Source: the human T2T-CHM13v2.0 reference genome, Homo sapiens. Taken from it: a DNA stretch of 64,000 bases. The notes beneath the pieces were generated by a model that saw only the letters and a program-made list of their open reading frames with translations, made no database searches and had not been told where the DNA came from. The stretch lies in the NCBI RefSeq assembly GCF_009914755.1, contig NC_060939.1, one strand, 5' to 3'. This document shows positions 1 to 14,930 of the stretch, piece after piece. Both the position numbers and the translations under genes were made by a program. Position 1 is the stretch's first letter; every line of letters starts with the position of its first letter.

Positions 1-150
1 ATTTGATTGGCCAAAACGTGGTGATTAGCACAAGAGTAGGCTACAATCTGTTTACACCTCCACTTGTTATAGGTCACAATGTACAGAGAAACCTTTAGGC
101 CAAACTTAGAATATGTAAGGAGGCAGCTTTGGGCTAAACTTGATTTAACA
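1..150 (-). mobile_element. ERV1 LTR, MER57-like (5' end of LTR; rest outside window)
   Basis: Reverse complement starts tgttaaatcaagtttagcccaaagctgcctccttacatattctaagtttggcctaaaggtttctc, matching my recall of the MER57 LTR start. Confidence 0.7.
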
Positions 151-345
151 CTGGGAACCTACTACTGGCAATTGATACCCAAAGCTGGTGACAGTCTTGC
201 GGGACTGAGCCCCAAACCTCTAGGTTGTCTACTAACTTTGGTTAGTGTTATAATTGAACTGAGTTGCAGGGCACCCCGCTGGCATTGGAAAATTGGTCAG
301 TGTGGGAGAAAACCCACACACCTGGTCACAGAAGTATTGAATGTT
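151..345 (+). mobile_element. MER21-like LTR fragment
   Basis: gacagtcttgcgggactgagcccc...ttagtgttataattgaactgag...aaacccacacacctggtcacagaagt is typical of the MER21 3' portion. Confidence 0.6.
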
Positions 346-419
346 GGTATAGAGAAAAAGAGTATTGGTATAGATTTTTCCTGTATCACAGTAAGCTTGC
401 TTTAGTATTTGAAAATCAA

Positions 420-2100
420 AAAATATAATTTATTATAACTTAATAAAAATTAAAACCACATGACTATGTAAATAGATATAGAAAAAGTACTTTATAAAAT
501 TCAAAATGAATTCATGATTAAAAAGAGTAGAAGCTTTAAAATAAAACTAAAAATATATTTTGGACTAAATGGCTCACCATACTAGGCTTAGTGAGGAACA
601 CAGAATCTTCTCAATGGTTTATGCTAAGTTGATGTTGATTTGATACCTGTATTTAAAAAGTGAACTTTGATTCTTACATTTACCACAGAGAAAAATATTT
701 TAAGGTGGAGTATAGATTGTGACCTAAAGCAATTACGCTTTAGAAGCAAACAAGGGAAAATAGTTTCATGATACTGGAATAAGCAAAAAAGTTTTAAACA
801 GGGCATGAGATGCGCTAACCATAAAAGAAAATATTGATAGAGATTTCTTTAAAATTTATTAAAAGGCACTATTACTGGAGTGAATTGGCAATTCCCAGAG
901 AAGATGCTTGTGATAAATACATCCAAAACAGGACCCATATCCAGAATATATTTTTTAAAACTCCTACAAATCAATTATAAAAAGATAGCCCCTAAAATGG
1001 GTAAAAGGCTTGAATAGACTTCTCAAGGTAACATATCTGAATCCCACCCCCTCAATACATAGAGAGATGTTCAACATTGTTAGTGATTAGTAAAAACAGA
1101 TACTAAAACCACAGTGTGATAACATCACATTATCAGAAATGTTAGTCTTTCTACTAGAAAGGCTAACATCAAAAAGCTGTTGATACCTGGTGTTGGTGAG
1201 ACTCTAAACAACTGGAACTCACTCATACTATCAGAGGGAGTGTTTAATTGCTACAACCACTTTACAAAACTGTTTTTCAGCACCTATCAAAGCTGAATAC
1301 ATTTCTACGCTATGACCCAACAGTCCTACTCAGCAGAAACGCATACTTAACGTTCACTAAAAGACATGTTCAAGGATGATGAGAGAAGCTTTATTCGTAA
1401 CTGTCTAAAAACATTTTGAGACAGGGTCTCACTGTGTCTCTGAGGCTGGAGTGCAGTGGTACGATCATGGCTCACTGCGGCCTTGACCTCCTGGGTTTAA
1501 GTGACCCTCCCACCTCAGCCTCCCAATCATGCCCAGCTAATTTTTATATTTTTTGTAGGGACAGGGTTTCACGATATCGCCCAGGCTGGTCTCAAACTCC
1601 TGGGCTCTAGTGATCTGCCTGCATTGGCTTCCTAAAACATTGGGATCACAGACATGAGCCACTGCCCCCAGGCCATAATTGTCTACATATGGAAGTAACC
1701 CAACTTTCCATCAAAACTGTAATGGAGAAATAAGTTGTGTTGTATTTATACAGTACAACTACACACAGCAATGAAAAAAACCTACTGATAAACATAATAA
1801 CATGGATGAATCTCACAACTATGTGGAGTGAAATGAGTCAGAGATAAAACATCACGTAGTGTATGATTCCGTGTATGATTCTCAAATACAGTCAAAACTA
1901 TGGTGATGGAAGTCAGAATGGTCGTTAACTTCAGGGGCAGGATGCTGACTAGGTGTGGAGTGTAGGGAGCCTGTGTCTGTAAAGATATAGAAGAGAACTA
2001 TTCTAGTCTTTATCTGTCTGGTGGTCACACGACTGGACATTTTACTTAAAAACTCATCAGGCTTCTAAGATTTGGTAATTTTATGATACATTTTATTTAT
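420..2100 (+). mobile_element. Old L1 (L1M-type) ORF2 fragments and 3' end, interrupted by an Alu
   Basis: Degenerate ORF2 RT segment near 455-520 (aaaaccacatga...atagatatagaaaaag...ataaaattcaa); L1 3' motifs (ggtgttggtgag, acatggatgaatctcaca, gtatgattcc, gaagtcagaatg). Confidence 0.75.
1413..1674 (-). mobile_element. AluJ with internal deletion
   Basis: gagacagggtctcact...ggctggagtgcagtgg...gagccactg; lacks the gtagctgggactacagg segment; degenerate TSD taactgtcta/taattgtcta. Confidence 0.9.
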
Positions 2101-2139
2101 TAACTTTCCTAAAATTATAACTCAATTTTGAAAGTTACT

Positions 2140-3850
2140 TTCAAACATAGAGGGAGAAGATGGTTGGGAGACCTGAGTAGCTGTGAAGCGGCTACATTGT
2201 CTGGGGTATATGCCCTGGGGTTCATTGTCAGGTGACAGGAAAATTTAGAGCACAGACACACATGAGTTTAGGAGTGGAGGTTTAATAGGCAGAAGATAAG
2301 AGAAGGAGAAATAGCTTTCTCTATAGACAATGGGTTCTCCGAGCAGAAAGGACCAGTGGGTGGTGGATATGCTGAATTTTATAGTCAGGTTTGAGGAGGC
2401 GGTGTCTGATTTACGTAGGGCTCACAGATTGGTCCAATGACGTTTACATAGTGCACGGGGAAGCCTGTTCACCCCACCCTAATCTTATTACACAAATGGG
2501 CTTTCCAGTTGATCGGGGACATCTTGTCTGCCTCTTACTGTACACGTGGTTGACAAAGGGAAGATGGAGCCACCATCTTGAACATGTCTAGTTCTTAGTT
2601 CCTGCTGGCATTCACCCATGCAAGCTCCCAGCTTGCTTGTCTATGTCTGCAGCTCGACTTTACGGGCTGCTCTTTGTTAGAAAATGATTTGGGGCTGCTT
2701 TTCATTAAAAAGAATAGCGTTACTGAGGATTCCCATACCCTTACTGTCTGCCTAAGTGATTTCTTCTTCACTCCTAAATCAGCTGGAGCCTCGATTAGAT
2801 CTGTAGATATTAACACAGGGGCAGCTTACCTTAATACTGCAAATTCACTGCCTGTTACTTCTGCTCCTATCCTATGTGGGAAACAGAAAAATGTTACAGC
2901 TCAATTCCTCCTCACCTCCTTTTGTTAGTTATTTAGCAACTAAGTGATGATGAATCATTGAACTAAGATTGTTTTCCAGACCACTGCATACTGAGGTTAT
3001 ATTAGTGTATTGCAATTTTCTGAATATATGATCTGTTACTGTACTTCTGTCAACTCCTTCTAAATGTAGTTACATAGTATGAGTCAACTCTTTGAGTTTT
3101 CTATTTAAAACTGTATGTTAATGGAGTCACTTTAGGTATTAGTAAAAAAGGTCACTTGAATTTTGACGCTTGGTCCAGTGTTTCCAATTTTATGGTCCAG
3201 ATTTGGCAGACCAAATCGGCCACCATTTCTCTTTTTGGAAAAGCAGGTAGTCTTTTGCCAGGAGGTAAAATGCCAGCCACTCTTCGTGCAGATAAAGTTC
3301 TCTGGGCTACAAACTATTCAGTTACACTGCTTCAGAAATATTTGTTTTTCCTGGAGAGGTGTGGTCTTTCTCTCTGTCTCAAGCACCACTGCAATATTCC
3401 CAAGAGTCTTTCCCCAAGTTGAAAAAAGAAATAACAAAAAATGCAACTTACAGATAGCCTATTCATGTAAATTTCCAGATACCAAAATACATTCCCACTC
3501 TGATTCACTCAGGGCAACTCTTTCTCCCTTCTTACCAGATTCTAAGTTTGGATGCTGTGGGTCAATGGTACCATCTGGTGCTTGAAGTGGGGAATTGTTC
3601 TCATCACTGTATTTTCTCTACAACTTTTTTCTTTTTTTACCCTCCAACAAGATGATGCCCAGATGAGGGTGCTCTCATTTCGTTGGTCTTTCACCATTTT
3701 CAACTGTGCCAATTCAGTGACTCTTTCCCTCAGACTTGCCCCTTGGCTGCTGGGTCTCAGGAATATGTTAGGCAGTGGCATGAATGTTGAACAACACACT
3801 TTGTTTCTGCCTTTACCTTGCTCTCTTTCTTTCAAGTTTCACAAAGTAAC
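2140..3850 (-). mobile_element. Possible second Gypsy-type gag-protease remnant (split by the LTR at 2184-2781)
   Basis: Minus-strand manual translation with frameshifts: QLGERLL(E)Y, TE*FVA, YLHEEW..LFQKEKW (capsid-like), then SCPCVNI and TQVS-TI (protease-like). Confidence 0.4.
2184..2781 (-). mobile_element. ERV1 solo LTR, LTR9/MER61-like
   Basis: TG...CA termini, 4 bp TSD gctg (2180-2183, 2782-2785); reverse strand begins tgatttaggagtgaagaagaaatcacttaggcagacagtaagggtatgg. Confidence 0.8.
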
Positions 3851-4115
3851 CCCTTAAAATGGTCGCACCTTAACCTTGAGGTCAGGAGACTGAGGGTGAG
3901 AGAAGTCAATAGGCTTTCCTTCCTGTCACACACAGGCAGAACCTGGGCTGACACAGGAGCCTGGGTTGTTCACAACTGTCTTGGTTAGACAACTTGGAGA
4001 ATCTGGGGACACACAGAAACCAAGAAAAATCTATGGTATTCATTTTCAATCATCTAAACTTTCCTAGAGAATTTGGTAATACTTCTAAATGCAAGTAAGT
4101 GAAGGCACTTTTGTT

Positions 4116-4460
<345 letters not shown>

Positions 4461-5000
4461 TAATGTGTGGGCTCATTTGATGTGTCTGCCTTATCTTTCT
4501 TCCTTTTTGTGTTTCTGTATTGGACCCTCTCTGTTGGTCTGGGAAGCAGATGGTCTTTGTCAATTGACTCATACCAGACATTTGAATTTCCCCTACAAGT
4601 ATATCTATGCTCAGTGACTTTTCTCTGCAGACCAGAATAATATTTCAGCATCTCTATGCTTACAAATGATGCACCAGATGGATGCTTGAGCAGAAATGAT
4701 ATATAGATTCTTATTACATAAATGACATGCAAGATACAGAGTCAACTGAAGTTAGGTCTACTGTGATTGTGCTTGATTTATCAAATTAAAGGGGCTCTCT
4801 GGTTGGTTTGTCTATAATTCTCTTTTTTTCCCTTCACTTGATCATAATTTGGTGAGTTTAGAGAAAATGAATTTCTGGATTGCTTGAGTTTTGGCCTGCA
4901 TGCATGAACCCGTTCAGTAACCGCTTGATGACTACCTACTATTGCTAGGTATTGGGAACATAAAGTTAATGGCATGCAGTTTTTCCATGAGCTCAGTTGG

Positions 5001-5560
5001 TGATAGACCAGGAGCATCGTCATCTTCGACAAACACCACCACTTTTAAGTTCCAGCTCCCTTTCTAGCCTCATGCATTTCAAGGAAATCACTTCTCTTCA
5101 AGCAGCCAGAAAGAGCAGACAGGAAAACACAGATAAGACAGCTCGGGCACAGAGAGAGGTTGGGGGAAAGTCTTTTGGGTAACTGCCAAACTTCACCTTC
5201 ATACAATGGGCCCCAGTAAAACAGTGGGCCTTAATAAGCACATTCCTTTCCCTTCAGGTGCACTAAGATAGGGAAGCTAAAAGCAGACTCAGGTGGGGTA
5301 TGCCTGCATCTGCAGAAAGATGTATGGGAACAGACACACAACTCTCCCTCCCAGATAAGCACAACAAAGAGACACAGAAGCAGTCCAAGCTTCTGATAAA
5401 CTCTCCCACCCCGAATCCCTAAAAACTCAGTCTGTAAGAGAGCATGCCTCTCACCTAAGTCGGCCAGAAGCCCCTCTCAGGTTTGTTTTTTCTAAAATAA
5501 ATCTGTCCTGACTGGCAAGCCACCTTTTTGTGCTTCTTTCCTCTTTCTTTAATTCTTATA
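5001..5560 (+). mobile_element. ERV1 solo LTR, LTR19-like, inserted in an L2 remnant
   Basis: tgatagaccaggagcatcgtcatc... to ...ctttaattcttata; AATAAA near 5497; flanks gttgg/gtttg. Confidence 0.75.
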
Positions 5561-5713
5561 GTTTGAAAGAGAGACTTGTGAATAAATAATTAAAGAAATA
5601 TGATTAGTTAAAAAATATAGGTATGAATAAATAAAGTTTTATGAGATATAGAACAAAAAGGAGTTTAATTTTACCCAGTAAGGTCAGGGAAGACTTTGTA
5701 GGACCTGATAGCC

Positions 5714-5780
5714 TATATATATATGTACACCTGTGTGTGTATATATATATATACACACATACATATATATATGTATATAA
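5714..5780. repeat. (TA)n/(TG)n/(CA)n compound microsatellite
   Basis: tatatatatatgtacacctgtgtgtgtatatatatatatacacacatacatatatat. Confidence 0.9.
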
Positions 5781-7039
5781 TTAGTTGAAACTATGCAGAC
5801 AGAGAAGGCAACAAGCATTAAGGTGAGAAGGTGCCCCAAGTAAAGACCACTAAATCCTTGATCAACTAAGGTCCTTTCTTAGCATATCAAATGTACTACC
5901 TATTTGTATACTACAAATATATGGACTGTTATTGATGAAAATGGAAATATGGAAAGAACCATTTAAAATAAATGATGGTTTTTACTTTACTAAGATCAAG
6001 TATTTAATGATTTAGTGCTTCACTTAAGGAATCAGAATTGTGCTTTGGGGAAAGCTTAGCATTTAAAATGAAGAAGAGAAATAGGCGTGGATAGCAGGGT
6101 CAGTGAGAGATTTTTCAAGACTGAAAATCTCTGGGAGAGAAAGAACAAATCCAGAGATACACTTTAGTGTGCATTGCTCCATTCTATTTGCCTCCTTGGC
6201 AGGAATGTCACTTGTGGTTTATTTTCTAGACCCATGATATATGGTCCCTTTGCTCACAGCCAGTTAAAGGGAGGTGGGTGCTGAGCAGGTAAAATTCCAT
6301 GTATGCCAAAGTCCCTCGGGGTTGGGAATTGGTTCTATCCACCCTGTGTGGGGGCACATAGATTTTAGCATACCTTGTATGTTATATTGCATCAGCAGCT
6401 GTTTCTGGATATGTTGCAGGTTTCCTCCCAGCCTCTGGACTACTAGATTTTTTGCATTTCTTCCTGACACCAAAACAGGTTTCCCATATAACATCCCCTG
6501 TAGATTGTGGGAGCTACTTCCCACTATATTCCTTTTTTCTGTTTATTCTCTATGGGTGATTTTTTTCCGTGAACCTATTTGAGGCAATCATGGAATTTGA
6601 TGGGGAATACTTTGCCCCTGCTCCCTGATACTGTGCAGATGAATTAAGCCTTCCAACTTATCGCTATAACACCAAGCCTGCACTGCAGAGAAGCCACTCA
6701 CACCCTACCCCTCCCAACACTCTGGCATTATTCTTAGCTCCAGTCCCAATCTGCTGGCCTCAAAGCTTTTGAAAAACACTTTCCATGTGCTCTCATTCCT
6801 CCTGGCTTCCTGCTTACGGCCCTGCTGCTCTGTCAGGCTCTGTTTCTTTGCTTCTTCCTACCACCACATGCTGCTCTTTAGCCATCCTTTTAAGCAACTC
6901 ATCCAACTGAGCCATCCCTGGGACTATCTCTAGACTGGAGGCCACTGTGGGGGCACCCTCATAAGATTTTCTCTGGTCCTTGCTGCAAAGACTACTGTAT
7001 ATATCAAATGATGGCCATAATAACGAGGGCTGTCTGTGA

Positions 7040-7205
7040 GGGGCTTTATGTACATTATCACATTTAATATACACAATGTATTTTAGGTTATTCATAACCA
7101 TTCTCACTTTTTACACAAAGAACTTACAGGTCAGAGAGGTAAAATGCTCTGTTCAAGGTCAAGTAATTGGAAAATGGAAGCTCAAGTTTGTCTGACTCTA
7201 AAGCC
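7040..7205 (-). mobile_element. MIR
   Basis: gctttatgtacattatcacatttaat...cagagaggtaaa...tcaaggtca...gtctgactctaaagcc. Confidence 0.65.
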
Positions 7206-7209
7206 TCTG

Positions 7210-7627
7210 TGCTATTGTTTGAATATTTGTTCCCCAAACTTCATGTTGAAACTTGATTCCAAAGTTGGAGGTGGGCCTAATGGAAGGTGTTTGGGTCATG
7301 TGGGTGGATCCCTCATGAGTGGGTTGGTTGTATCTTCATGGCAATGAGTGAGTTCTTGCTCTGTTAGTTTCCAAGACAGCTGGTTGTTCAAAAGAGCCTG
7401 GCACTTCCCCTCAGCCCTCTGTCTCCTCTCTCACCATGTGATCTGCACACAGCAGTTCCCCTTCACCTTCCACCATGAGTGGAAGCTTCCCGAGCCCCTT
7501 ACCAGAAGCAGATGTTGGTGCCTTGCCTCTTGTACAGCCTGCAGAACGGTGAGCCAAATAAATCTCTTTTCTTTATAAATTACCCAGCATCAGGTATTTC
7601 TTTCTAACAACACAAATGGACACAGAC
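7210..7627 (+). mobile_element. MaLR LTR (MSTB-like)
   Basis: tgctattgtttgaat...gttggaggtgggcctaatgg...gagccaaataaatctcttttctttataaattacccagc. Confidence 0.85.
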
Positions 7628-7994
7628 CTCCCTGCTGTTAAATACCCTGCATCCCTGCCTACATAAACAGGTGAGATTTTGAATGATTGTCCTCAATTCT
7701 AAGGACCACAGACATATCCCCCACTTTTCTAGTGTTTCTTAGTTCTCATCAACCACACTTCACGTTTTGGCAAGTCTTCAGCTCACCTCAGCACACTGCT
7801 TAGACATGTGGCTGGTGGCTTGTGTCAACCCCTCTGGGGACTAATTTTGCAAAATGGGTCTCAATGCAGCAAGTGACTGTACAGCTTAGTGGAAAGTACT
7901 CTATGTAGAGAAAGAAGCAGAAAAAAGAATAACATTCCAGGGGAAAATCCTTTTGTTCCCATTACAAAGATACTTACTTAAGTGAAAAATTCAA

Positions 7995-9740
<1,746 letters not shown>

Positions 9741-9789
9741 AGACCTCTTTTGCTTGCCAAATATTTGTTGAAGAAATCAGATGGCTTGG

Positions 9790-10065
9790 CATATGTTACA
9801 CCTCAGAGCAGCTTTGCCCTGAAACAAGGGAGCTGGGCTCTCACACTTCCACGTGCACCCGTCACTGGCTAAAAATCACCTTGGAAGGCATAAACTCTCA
9901 GGTACTTCCCAAGCAAAGCAGCTCTGGAGTCTAAGGTCAAGGCTCAGAAGAGGAGTTGCAGGTGCAGATCTTTGCAGATAGAAGCACGCCGAAGCCTGAA
10001 GAGGGGTATGCAGAAATGGTCAAAGGATCCAAGTGAATCTGGGTGGAGGACCAGCAGTGCCCATT
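9790..10065 (-). mobile_element. ERVL LTR fragment (LTR33/LTR16-like)
   Basis: ggagctgggctctcacac...gtcactggct...aaaggatccaagtgaatctgggtgg. Confidence 0.5.
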
Positions 10066-11599
10066 AAGAATCCTCTAGGAGAAAGGAGAGCATGTATAGT
10101 GGAAGAAGAACAAGAGGGTCATGATGTTGAGAAATGGTACAGGTGCTCATTAAATGATTCTACTTTTCTGTATGTTTGCAGATTTCCATAAAAACTTGGG
10201 AACAGTAAACAAATCATGATGATCTTACCTGTTAGACACACTGTATAATATAAGTAGTTCTAATCAGAAGAGATTCATTTGATCAGCAAGTTTGTTTCTA
10301 ATTCAGTTGGTGAAAACTTGGAAACAATTCACCTGTGGAAACAATGTCGTATCGTGGTTAAGTTCTTCAATAACGCACAAAAGACACTTGCGCCCATGAC
10401 AGGAAGTAATACCATATGCTAACAATGAAACACCATAGAAAACATGGAGTCAACACAAGTAATTAGATCACACCATGCTTCTGAGAAAGCAACTGCTTTT
10501 GTTTTTTCTTTGATGCTCTAGGGAAAGCAGCTGTTCTCAGAACTCCTTTGATTTCAGTTTATTCTCTGCCAAAGGTCCCTTTACAACTTAACCATGGGTT
10601 AGAGACTTGCTGCAGGTGTGTGTAGGAGGAGGGTGTTTGCCTTTTAATGATCAAGGGGTCACTATTGCTGCTGCTGTTACAAGTGGTGTCGCATCAGCAC
10701 TCAAAGCACAGGTTCCCCAGTGCAACCTTTCCCCTCTCAGTCAGGGTCAGGGTTTCAATTAGGAAGGAAAGTAGTAAGGGAGACTCCCACACAGTGAACC
10801 TGTTTTTCCCAACAATACTATAGTACCTAAGCATGAAGCTTTAGTGAAATTATTTCTCACACAATCCAGTCTCTTCACCTCATGAATTCATCTTTGATCT
10901 GCCACGCAAACTCCTTCCAGCCCTTCCCCAGGATAAGCTGGCTTTGCCATGCATTTCTCTGCCTCCAGTTCTAATCCACATCCTTGTCACATGTAGGTTT
11001 TCTCGTTATGTCTTTATCATAAGGGAAAGCTCCATTACCAAGATGCACACCCTACCAAAAGAACAAGATGCACACTCTACCAAAAGAACCTGTCCTACTT
11101 GGTCCGTTCCAAGTGTACTTTCAGACAATTCACTTCGGGGGATTCAAGATTTCAAAATAATTTGTAAGTTTGCTCTCTCCTCAAGTTCTCATTAACCTGG
11201 ATGCTCTTCCATGAATGTGCTTGTGATTCATATTATTAATGAACTTTGGTCCCTTTCTCTATTCCAATAAATGCTTATCATTTGAGCAGTATGACGTAAT
11301 CATGCACATTATTTAATTTGGTGCTCAAAATAACATGGACTCCTTACATAAATAAGGTCAGAAAGATAGTGCGGCTTTCCCAAAGTCATGGTGCTGGTAA
11401 GAAATAGAGCCAGGATGTACCCCAAGTCTGTCCGACTGTACCGTTCACATTCTTCTCTATCTACCACAAGAAGAGCTGGGGAGATGTATCATGATCCCTG
11501 CTTCCTTCTTCCAATCATTTTCCAGATGTCCTGTGGAAAGGCTATCACTATTTCACCAAGAACCAGGATAATTTTCTCACCATCAAAATCAGTGACAAA

Positions 11600-11803
11600 T
11601 GTAATGAGTAATAAACACAAGAGTTAACTCACTTTCTATGTGTTAGGTACACTCATAAGCTTCTTCACAACAGCCCAATGGAGTATATACTATTATTGTT
11701 TCTATTTTACAGACTAAAACCAAGGAGTTAAATTATTTCCTTAAGGCCACCTGGGTAAGAGGCAGAGTTGGCCTTTGAATATGAGCAGTCTGACTCCAGA
11801 GCC
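11600..11803 (-). mobile_element. MIR
   Basis: cttcacaacagccc...attttacagac...aaggccacc...ggcagagttgg...cagtctgactccagagcc. Confidence 0.7.
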
Positions 11804-11909
11804 TTAGCCAGTATGCGACCCAACGGAAAGACAACACTGTGTCTGGTGCAGCCCCATCATTAAGTACAGAACACCAGTCCAGACCATTGCTAGTTCAGAC
11901 AAGTGCTTC

Positions 11910-12477
11910 TGTGGCAGATCATGTTTCCAAAGATAGTGGCAAAAATATTTCCCATCCGGCGTGCTCTTAGAATCTGATCTTGGCTTTCCTCCTGTTGAGT
12001 GGCGGAACCTGTCTTCCAACCCTTGGACCTGAGCCGACCTTTGCAACTGCCTTCACTTATAGAGTCCAAAACAAGTGATATGATGTGTCTTCCAAGGCTG
12101 AGTTATAAAAATAGCTAATACTACTGCCATATTCTCTTAGAATGCGTGTTCTCGCAGCCCCACTACCATGCTATAAGGGAGCTTGAGCAGGCCAGGGAGA
12201 GCCCCATGTGGAAAGAAACCAGCACCCTGGCCCACGGTTCTGGTTCAGCTCCCAGTCAATATTCAGGACCAACTTTTCAGCTGCATGTGGGCACTACCTT
12301 GAAAGCAAATCTTCTGTCCTCTAGTTAATCTGCATCACCCACCTGACAGCCACCCATGGAGTAGAGATGTGCTTTTCCTGCCAAGCCTTACTCAAAATCC
12401 AGATGTATGAGCACAAGAAATGATTAAGTTCTTATGTTTTGGGGGTGCTTTTCTGAAGCAGTAAGTAACCATAATAG
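11910..12477 (+). mobile_element. MaLR LTR (MLT1E/F-like)
   Basis: tgtggcagatcatgtttccaaagat...cttccaaggct...ccatgctataaggga...gcagtaagtaaccataata. Confidence 0.7.
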
Positions 12478-12942
12478 CTCCAAAAGCTACATCCTCTCAG
12501 CAAACGCATTAACACTTACATGTCGGGCTCTGTACCGGGCACTGCCACAGACCTTATCTGGTCTGTTTACAAATTAATTCTGTAAAGTACTGTGATTCCA
12601 AATTTACGGAGGAGAGACTGAAGGCAAGAGAGGCCAGTGAGTGCCTTACTCATTGGATGCTCATGAAACCAGCAGGCATATGATGGAACTGGGATTTAAC
12701 TAAAGGTCTTTCTTAATTCAAGTGCTTGTCTTGTCACTAGTATTTTCTTTATATGTAGAATCCTGGTACACTAAAAGACGGTAACTGAAAGTGATAAACT
12801 AAAAGAAGCTCAGGACTGATGAGGTTAATGAAAACAGGCTTCCCTCAAATCTGGGATGATAGAATATTCTACTGTGACAATCAGATATAAGGTTATAATT
12901 TCCAATTGGAAAGTAGTAATAAGGATGATGATGAGATACTTA

Positions 12943-13270
<328 letters not shown>

Positions 13271-14714
13271 GTAACATAAAGTAAAATAAAAATAGTAAAT
13301 TTTAAAAAGGAACAAGGTACTGTGTCAGGTGCTTCACATCACATTTAGTGATGCAGATATTTTTGACTCCAGTTCTAGGTGAGTGTACTGAGATTCACAC
13401 AGGCCAAATAGTTTCCTGAAAGTCAACAGCAAGGAACTCTGACCATAAGCCCCTGGCATGTAACAATCTCATCATACTGTCTGACAGAGGGAGCTAAGGA
13501 AAACATACACACAATTCCAATAAAATATCCCATTCACTGACTGTGAGTGAACAAGGTGGAGAGGATGGCAGGGTGGACCAGAGCTTCCAGCAATAGCTCA
13601 TTATCAGGTGGAACGCCGACAAGAGGCAATGGGTAATTGGCCACTGGAATGTCTCAGAAGGCTGTGAACTGCTCCGGTGAGCTCATGGGCCTAGCTGTGA
13701 TTTAAAGTTCTCATCTTCTGGGCCCTATTCTGCCTGATGTCTGATGGCATCGCAACCCCAGAGAGCACTTCTTAGCTTTCTGATTCTTGGAAATGACCAT
13801 TCTAAAGGCGCCCACGCTTTTGGAAAGTGTGGAAGACATTAAAAGGTTGTATTTAATTCTACTTTTATGAACACTCCTTGTTTCTGCTGGCTCTTATTAA
13901 AATGAATGAGACGTCTCTATGTCAACCATGGGTGTCTCTGATCTGTTCCAAATAATCTTTAAGAGAGGATCAACCAACCTTAAAGGAATTCTCTACCCCA
14001 TCCCAGAGGAAAGCATAGACAAGTAACTGGAGAACCTCAAATCCAGGCCTCGCTGAAAAGTTGTTCGCCCAACTGGTAATTGCCCCAATGACAAGCACTT
14101 AAGAACAAAATTGAAGGCACAGGGAAGGTTGGTTGTAAGGAATATTTCTTCTAACTTGATGGCAAGAGACCACATGTAGAGGAAAACATGTTTTAAAAAT
14201 AGTCACCTGTTTCCACAGTTTATTTCATTTCTGAAATAAAGGGTATCTGCTTGGAATTTTAAATGGAGGGGACAGGGAACAAAACCCTGGTTGCCATAGA
14301 AATGAAGAATTCTTTTCCAGTCAGAGGAGTATGAATTCAAGTGAAAAATCGGAATCAGGTGAGGTATTCCACAGGCAGAATCATCTATTATCCTGTAAAA
14401 ATCTACAGCCAGAAGGAAAAATAAATGCTAAAGGGTATGTAGAGTACAGAATTATGAATTTCTCCATACATTAGTCACTTGCTTTTTAGATAAGCACTGG
14501 GACTCTTTGGCTGATCTAGTTCAAACATTAGCTTCCATATTAATGTAAAACCAATATTAAAATTAATTTTCATCCATTTCATTCATGTTGCAGAAATGAT
14601 TAGGGCCCTGACAGATACTTAAAAGCTTTATAGAAGGACTGTGGTTTTTGAGACCATGCATGTGTGCTTTCAGATTCATTATTTCTTTGAAAAAGCTGAT
14701 GACAAGATGTTAAG

Positions 14715-14930
14715 ATTATGAGATTTGGAGTCAGACAAGTTTATGGTTCAATCCTAGCTCCATTCCAGGTTGTCTAAAGTGACCTTGGAGTTATTCTTTC
14801 ACCATTGAGCAAAATAAGAACAACAATACTTACTTCACAGGGTTAAATAGCATGACATATTTACAAACTCAAAACACTGCCTGGTACATAGTAGGTGACC
14901 ACTGACTGGCCACTGTTGTTATGATTGTTA
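14715..14930 (+). mobile_element. MIR
   Basis: ttggagtcagaca...ggttcaatcctagctcc...gtgaccttgg...gcctggtacatagtagg. Confidence 0.7.
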
